Of a DNA stretch of 32,364 nucleotides, positions 27,280-32,364 are shown piece after piece; position 1 is the stretch's first letter, and every line of letters starts with the position of its first letter. The notes beneath the pieces are model-generated. The model did not search any database, was not told where the DNA came from, and saw nothing but the letters and a program-made list of their open reading frames with translations. Origin of the DNA: Candidatus Uhrbacteria bacterium RIFOXYB2_FULL_45_11. Its GTDB lineage: Bacteria; Patescibacteriota; Patescibacteriia; UBA9934; GWF2-40-263. The translations under genes and the position numbers were made by a program. Location of the stretch: NCBI GenBank assembly GCA_001791715.1, contig MGFD01000030.1, positions 9,246 through 41,609 of the forward strand, given 5' to 3'.

Positions 27280-28482
27280 ATGTCCACAAATACCGATAAA
27301 GATGCAATCAATCACTTGCTTACGCGCGGGGTAGAAAATATCTACCCGTCTTTCGATTATCTTGAGGCGCGCTTGAATGAGGGGAAACAACTCACATTGT
27401 ATCTTGGAATCGATCCAACCGGTCCAGATTTACATTTGGGTCACGCGATTCCACTTCGCAAAATGGCAGAATTCCAAAAACTTGGTCACAAGTTGATTTT
27501 GCTTATTGGGGATTTCACGGCGATGATTGGCGATCCAACAGATAAATCCGCAACGCGTGTGCAGCAAACGCGCGAGCAAGTTCTTGCGAATGCCGCGAAG
27601 TATAAAGAACAAGCGAGCAAAATCATTTCGTTTGAAGGCGAGAATGCGGCTGAACTCAAATACAACAGCGAATGGCTCGCGAAACTCGGATTCACAGATG
27701 TTGTTGAACTCGCGTCGAACTTTACGGTTCAACAAATGCTTGAACGTGATATGTTCGAAAAGCGTATTGCAGAAGGAAAGCCCGTTCATCTTCATGAGTT
27801 CCTCTATCCATTGATGCAAGCGTACGATTCGGTTGCGATGGATGTCGATGGTGAAATTGGTGGAAACGATCAAACATTCAACATGCTTGCGGGTCGCGAT
27901 TTGATGAAATCGTTGAAAGGAAAAGAAAAATTCGTCATCACTTCGAAATTGCTTACGGATCCAACTGGAAAGAAAATGGGAAAGAGTGAAGGGAACATGA
28001 TCACGCTCTCAGACACACCAGACGATGTGTTCGGCAAAGTCATGAGTTGGACCGATGGAATGATTATTCCTGGATTCGAGATTCTGACGGATCTTCCAAA
28101 CGGAGAAATTAAAGAGATGAAAATCGCGATGGGAGACGGTGTGAATCCACGCGACTTCAAGGTGAAGCTCGCGGCAGAAGTAGTTGCGACGTTTTTCGAC
28201 AGAGCAACGGGTGACGCAGCCGTTGATCGATTCAACAAATTATTCCAAGAACACGCCGTACCGGAAGATGTTCCAGAAGTAAAACTCGAAGGTGCGATGA
28301 GTATCGTTGACGCACTCGTTGCAACCAAGCTTGCGCAATCAAAAGGCGACGCGCGTCGATTAATCGACGGCGGGGGAGTAAAGGTGAACGAGGAAGTCGT
28401 GACCTCATATGATTTTGTTGTGGATCCTGCAATGAGTCCGTTGTTGCAAAAGGGAAAAAGACATTTTGCGCGTATTGTGTAA
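27280..28482 (+). CDS. tyrS: tyrosine--tRNA ligase
   Basis: PTGPDLHLGH (HIGH), KMGKS (KMSKS) and a C-terminal S4-like domain. ATG 27280 was preferred; the ORF-track start at 27250 lies in P2. Confidence 0.95.
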   Translation: MSTNTDKDAINHLLTRGVENIYPSFDYLEARLNEGKQLTLYLGIDPTGPDLHLGHAIPLRKMAEFQKLGHKLILLIGDFTAMIGDPTDKSATRVQQTREQVLANAAKYKEQASKIISFEGENAAELKYNSEWLAKLGFTDVVELASNFTVQQMLERDMFEKRIAEGKPVHLHEFLYPLMQAYDSVAMDVDGEIGGNDQTFNMLAGRDLMKSLKGKEKFVITSKLLTDPTGKKMGKSEGNMITLSDTPDDVFGKVMSWTDGMIIPGFEILTDLPNGEIKEMKIAMGDGVNPRDFKVKLAAEVVATFFDRATGDAAVDRFNKLFQEHAVPEDVPEVKLEGAMSIVDALVATKLAQSKGDARRLIDGGGVKVNEEVVTSYDFVVDPAMSPLLQKGKRHFARIV

Positions 28483-28584
28483 TGTGGATGCGAATGTGTT
28501 ATTTATTTTTCGAGCGAAGTCGAGAGACTGAATGCGTTCATGTTCGAATAGTCTCTCCATAAAGTCGAGAAATAAGTTAGAAAA

Positions 28585-28606
28585 GAACCCGTTACGGGTT
28601 CTTTTT
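28585..28606 (+). terminator. rho-independent terminator of tyrS
   Basis: gaacccg-tta-cgggttc followed by T5. An A-run lies upstream. Confidence 0.75.
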
Positions 28607-28728
28607 CGTATAAGAATAATTATCCACAAGACGCTTGTTTCCTTTGTGTTGATAGAAGAAAATGTATCCAATATGAAAAAACAAACATCCATAAAGACCT
28701 GATTATTTATCAGGCAAAAGATGGGGCG

Positions 28729-29652
28729 TTGGAATTTAAAGCGGACAGTAAAAAAGAAACGATTTGGTTAACACAGCAACAAGTTGCGCAGCTTTTTGAT
28801 GTTCAAAAGGCCGCAATTTCAAAGCATGTTAAGAACATCTTTGATACAAAAGAACTTTCTTATCAAGCAACTGTTTCCAAAATGGAAACAGTTCAAATTG
28901 AAGGAGAGAGAAAAATTAAACGTTCGGTTGAGTATTACAATCTTGATTTAGTTTTGTCTGTGGGTTATCGCGTAAATTCGATTAAAGCTACGCAATTCCG
29001 CCAATGGGCAACCAAAACGTTGCGTCAGCACATCACAAAGGGGTACACCATTAATCCAAAAGTCATTAAAAATCATTACGCCGAATTTCAGAAAGCGATT
29101 CAGAATATTAAACAGCTTTTGCCGGCAGAAACAAATATTGATCACGCAAGTGTATTAGAGTTGATCTCTGCGTTCGCGGACACATGGATTTCGCTTGAGG
29201 CGTATGACAAAGACACATTTGCCACAAAAGGAACAACAAAAAAATCCATCACCATTACCTCTGACATGCTTTCTCAAGCGCTCGCAGAATTAAGGCGCGT
29301 GCTTATGAAGAAAAAAGAAGCAACCGAGTTGTTTGGATCTGAACGCAAATCAGGAAGTGTTCAGGGAATTGTTGGAAACATCATGCAAACATTTGGCGGC
29401 AAGCAACTCTATCCAACCATTGAAGAGAAAGCCGCGAACCTTTTGTACTTCATGGTCAAAGATCATCCATTCTCTGACGGCAATAAGCGCAGTGGTGCGT
29501 ATGCGTTTGTTTGGTTTTTAAATCAAGCCGGTGTTTTGAATCGCTCAACACTCACCCCACCAGCTCTTACGGCACTTACGCTTTTCATCGCGGAAAGTGA
29601 TCCAAAACACAAAGATAAAATGATTGGTCTTGTTTTGCAGCTTCTGAAATAA
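28729..29652 (+). CDS. RhuM-like N-terminal domain fused to a Fic/Doc domain (Doc-type HPFSDGNKR motif); the 5' end is probably disrupted or mis-called
   Basis: TIWLTQQQVAQLF..YYNLDLVLSVGYRVNS..QFRQWAT parallels the RhuM gene at 30535. C-terminus has DHPFSDGNKRSGAYAF. Homology to the paralogue continues upstream of 28729 in the same frame, with no ATG there. Confidence 0.75.
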   Translation: MEFKADSKKETIWLTQQQVAQLFDVQKAAISKHVKNIFDTKELSYQATVSKMETVQIEGERKIKRSVEYYNLDLVLSVGYRVNSIKATQFRQWATKTLRQHITKGYTINPKVIKNHYAEFQKAIQNIKQLLPAETNIDHASVLELISAFADTWISLEAYDKDTFATKGTTKKSITITSDMLSQALAELRRVLMKKKEATELFGSERKSGSVQGIVGNIMQTFGGKQLYPTIEEKAANLLYFMVKDHPFSDGNKRSGAYAFVWFLNQAGVLNRSTLTPPALTALTLFIAESDPKHKDKMIGLVLQLLK

Positions 29653-29711
29653 CCCTTGATGTTTTGATGAAAATAAGGCAAGCTTGCCTCAAATTCACCT
29701 AACGTCCATCT

Positions 29712-30425
29712 ATGTCCACAAAATTGGAACAAATCGAATCCCTTTCGGAACAAAATTCCCTTGAAGCGATCCAAGCGCTTCTTGAGATCTTGCAAGATGA
29801 AACACTCACAGAAGAAGAGCTTGAAGCCGCAGAAGAAGCGTTTGAGACCGTCTCTTTTTTGCACGCGCTTCCACAAAATGAAGAAGAAGAGCGTGATGTC
29901 AAACTTTGTGCGCTCATTGCAAAGCGTCTCGACTATTTGCAAGACCTCGCGTTTGATTTTTACGAAGAGTCTGAAAATTTGGAACGTTGTAAATTAGAAT
30001 CTGAAGTTGCGGCTCGTATGCTGGAGCTTGCAACAGAAGATCAAAAGCAAGATCGCGAAATTGGCGTAAGTGTTGCGCATGACATGCTCGTCATGGCAGA
30101 AGAATCCTGCTCAACGGTTGAAGCTGAACTTGAACGCACAAACGAATGGATCGAATGCGCACACGACATGCTTCTCACACAAAAGTACCGCGCGCTCCCT
30201 GAAGAATGTTTTGAAGTGTTGTTCCCATCGGATGATGAGGATGAAGATGAAGAAGAATTTGATTGCTGCGGCGAGGATGATTGTGGAAGTGAAGAGTGTG
30301 AAGGATGTGACGATTGTACTGGTGGATGTAACGGAGAAGGATGTGAAGGCGGATGTGAGGAAGATATTGTGGAGGATGAAGAAGAGATGGAGGAAGGATG
30401 CTGCGGCGGAGGATGCTGCAAGTAA
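29712..30425 (+). CDS. extremely acidic hypothetical protein with a Cys-rich C-terminal tail
   Basis: 237 aa, Glu/Asp-rich throughout. The last 54 residues contain 13 Cys (DCCGEDDCGSEECEGCDDCTGGCNGEGCEGGC...GCCGGGCCK). Confidence 0.65.
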   Translation: MSTKLEQIESLSEQNSLEAIQALLEILQDETLTEEELEAAEEAFETVSFLHALPQNEEEERDVKLCALIAKRLDYLQDLAFDFYEESENLERCKLESEVAARMLELATEDQKQDREIGVSVAHDMLVMAEESCSTVEAELERTNEWIECAHDMLLTQKYRALPEECFEVLFPSDDEDEDEEEFDCCGEDDCGSEECEGCDDCTGGCNGEGCEGGCEEDIVEDEEEMEEGCCGGGCCK

Positions 30426-30431
30426 ATAAAA

Positions 30432-30459
30432 AGCCGAGCCTGTGAGGGCTTGGCTTTTT
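30432..30459 (+). terminator. terminator hairpin T1 (identical copy at 31590)
   Basis: agccgagcc-tgtgag-ggcttggct followed by T-run. Confidence 0.75.
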
Positions 30460-30534
30460 ATATCCACACAAACCTTTCTTTTTTGAGGGCAATAGGGAAA
30501 GATTGGGATAACTATTTTTTTTACACACAACCCT

Positions 30535-31569
30535 ATGGAAAAGAAAGAATTAAACAACGAAATTATTATCTATCAATCCAAGGATGGACTTACAAAAGTC
30601 GATGTTCAAATGGATGGCGATACGATATGGGTTTCTCAAGCACAACTTGCCGAATTGTTTGGTGTGACTTCACAAAACATCACTATTCACTTAAAAAATA
30701 TCTTTTCCGATGGTGAATTAGATGAAAATCGAACTTGTAAAGAATCCTTACAGGTTCAAAAAGAAGGTGATCGTGAAGTGCAGCGAAAGATAAAAATGTA
30801 TAATTTAGATGTAGTGATTTCGGTTGGTTATCGTATTAACTCTAATATTGCCACGAATTTCCGTATTTGGGCTACAACGCGTCTGCGTGAATATATCGTT
30901 AAGGGTTTTACAATGAATGATGATTTTCTCAAAGAGAGTGGTGGTGGCAAATATTGGCATGAATTGCTTGATCGCATTCGTGACATACGTAGTAGTGAGA
31001 AGGTTTTGTATCGTCAGGTGCTTGATCTGTATGCCACCAGTCTTGATTACAATCCAAAAGCATTGGAATCTATAACGTTCTTCAAAATCGTACAAAATAA
31101 ATTGCACTACGCGGCCCATGGCAACACCGCTGCGGAGGTCATTGCCGCACGAGCAAATGCCGGCAAGCCATTTATGGGTTTGTTGAGTTTTTCGGATGGC
31201 GGAGTAAGTAAAAAAGATATTGCTATTGCAAAAAATTATCTTGATGAGAAAGAGTTAAAGATTTTAAATAATATTGTTTCCGCATTTTTTGATTTGGCGG
31301 AAGTGAAGGTATTGGAACGCCATCCCATGTACATGAAAGACTGGATAACCCAACTCGATAAGTTGATCAGCGCTTTTGACAAAAAAGTTCTTACAGAAAC
31401 TGGCTCAATCAGTCATGAACAGGCAAATGAAAAAGCCGTGAGTGAATATCGCAAGTATCAAGCAAAGATATTGTCTCCGGTTGAGGAGGTGTATTTGGAG
31501 AGTTTGAAGGTGTTGGAAAAGGAGGTGGGGAAGAAGATGAAGGGGGATAGAGTGAAAGAAGGAAAATAG
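30535..31569 (+). CDS. rhuM: RhuM family virulence-associated protein
   Basis: IIIYQSKDGLTKVDVQMDGDTIWVSQAQLAELF..MYNLDVVISVGYRINS..NFRIWATTRLREYIVKGF...KYWHELLDRIRDIRSSEK, the canonical RhuM layout. Confidence 0.85.
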   Translation: MEKKELNNEIIIYQSKDGLTKVDVQMDGDTIWVSQAQLAELFGVTSQNITIHLKNIFSDGELDENRTCKESLQVQKEGDREVQRKIKMYNLDVVISVGYRINSNIATNFRIWATTRLREYIVKGFTMNDDFLKESGGGKYWHELLDRIRDIRSSEKVLYRQVLDLYATSLDYNPKALESITFFKIVQNKLHYAAHGNTAAEVIAARANAGKPFMGLLSFSDGGVSKKDIAIAKNYLDEKELKILNNIVSAFFDLAEVKVLERHPMYMKDWITQLDKLISAFDKKVLTETGSISHEQANEKAVSEYRKYQAKILSPVEEVYLESLKVLEKEVGKKMKGDRVKEGK

Positions 31570-31589
31570 GGTTGATTTTGAACTGTGGG

Positions 31590-31618
31590 AGCCGAGCCTG
31601 TGAGGGCTTGGCTTTTTT
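31590..31618 (+). terminator. terminator hairpin T2 (identical to T1)
   Basis: agccgagcctgtgagggcttggctttttt. Confidence 0.75.
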
Positions 31619-31661
31619 GTTTCATGTTCAAATAAACGGGAAGGGAATAAAATAGACGTAT

Positions 31662-32132
31662 ATGAAAATCCCCTCCAAGCTCAAGCTCCCGATTTCAATC
31701 CTTGTCGCCGTCCTTGTGGGTGCACTCGGTTCGCTTTTTACGTCGTCGTCTGTCACAACGTGGTACGCAACCATCAATAAACCCGCGTTCAATCCGCCCT
31801 CCTGGCTCTTTGCTCCCGTCTGGACGATTCTTTACATCCTTATGGGAATTTCATTCTGGCTCATTTGGAAAAGTCGTTCTCCAGAAAAGCATCGCGCGAT
31901 GGGATTATTCGTCATCCAGCTCATCTTAAACGGAATCTGGTCGCCCATCTTTTTCGGTGCGCAAGCGATCGGCGGAGCACTCGCCCTTATCGTGTTGCTC
32001 TGGGCAGCGATTGTTTTGACCATCCTCGTCTTCAAGAAAATCTCCAAACCAGCCGCCTGGCTTTTGGTGCCGTACATTGTGTGGGTGAGTTTCGCAACCG
32101 TGTTGAACTTTGCGATTTGGAGGTTGAATTAG
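31662..32132 (+). CDS. tspO: TspO/MBR tryptophan-rich sensory protein
   Basis: WYATINKPAFNPPSWLFAPVWTILYILMGIS..., five TM helices, 156 aa. Confidence 0.9.
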   Translation: MKIPSKLKLPISILVAVLVGALGSLFTSSSVTTWYATINKPAFNPPSWLFAPVWTILYILMGISFWLIWKSRSPEKHRAMGLFVIQLILNGIWSPIFFGAQAIGGALALIVLLWAAIVLTILVFKKISKPAAWLLVPYIVWVSFATVLNFAIWRLN

Positions 32133-32173
32133 GGGTTTGATATAAAAATTTCAATTTTAGATTGATGAGAGTT

Positions 32174-32364
32174 ATGTATAGCGAAAATCCGTTTCATTCG
32201 ATGAAACATCTGGATGGAAGTTTGGAAAAAAAAGATGTCGTGAGTCTGGATGCGTCTCTTGATTCTGCAAAAAAGATTGAGAGACTTGGTGGTGGTCAAA
32301 CGGCGAGTGTTTGGAAGATGGAAACAGAGATTGATCATAAGCCATTTTATTTTGCACGAAAACA
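32174..32364 (+). CDS. 3'-truncated ORF running off the window; possible kinase-like N-terminus
   Basis: ATG at 32174 (or 32165), no stop before the window end. LGGGQTASVWKME...FYFARK resembles a Gly-rich loop plus an A-x-K lysine. This ORF is not in the supplied track. Confidence 0.35.
   Translation, partial: MYSENPFHSMKHLDGSLEKKDVVSLDASLDSAKKIERLGGGQTASVWKMETEIDHKPFYFARK

Noticed and set aside
28618-28626. Perfect DnaA-box TTATCCACA upstream of the RhuM-Doc gene (a near-match ATATCCACA lies at about 30463), raising the possibility of an origin
   Set aside because: These are single isolated boxes with no cluster, no AT-rich unwinding element pattern and no dnaA/dnaN nearby. They are compatible with chance or a local operator.
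28405-28692. 95-aa minus-strand ORF between tyrS and the RhuM-Doc gene
   Set aside because: It overlaps the tyrS 3' end and its terminator, is AT-rich low-complexity, and has no SD and no recognisable domain.

Overview
This 32.4-kb window is gene-dense and looks bacterial. Tiny intergenic spacers, many small membrane hypotheticals and T4SS-pilin-like two-TM modules fused to cell-wall hydrolases suggest a Patescibacteria/CPR-type organism, but that is inference only. Recognisable genes are recG, radA, clpC, htpX, lemA, uppP, tyrS, a phosphomanno/phosphoglucomutase, tspO and a NfeD/YqiJ-like plus flotillin pair. There are also DsbA-like and TolB-like exported proteins, an M15 peptidase, a RibD_C/DHFR-like protein and three tRNAs (Ser-UGA, Ser-GCU, Arg-GCG). 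The most unusual content is structured or selfish DNA. (i) Palindromic mini-elements of about 40 nt, ending in GGGGAGAGG, sit in frame inside recG (3 copies) and the phosphohexomutase gene (1 copy). (ii) Five elements of 80-120 nt are built from tandem 7- or 9-nt units, four of them as inverted arrays. They fill most or all of the leader or intercistronic space upstream of the DHFR-like, dsbA-like, clpC, htpX and lemA genes, and four of them reach the ATG itself with a ...TTCC(CC)T-ATG junction. (iii) Two small GIY-YIG genes are directly joined to tRNA genes, and one is bracketed by a 37-nt duplication of the tRNA-Arg 3' half. (iv) A tRNA-like structured repeat of about 75-95 nt occurs twice. 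(v) GTCAT...ATGAC palindromic leaders precede two genes. Two candidate protein systems also stand out. One is an AT-rich islet between tyrS and tspO carrying a RhuM-Doc fusion, an extremely acidic Cys-rich protein and a second RhuM. The other is a tandem pair of exported hydrolases that share an N-terminal module but have different peptidoglycan-hydrolase heads, next to a DsbA-like gene. All calls come from reading the sequence and ORF translations by eye; no searches were run.
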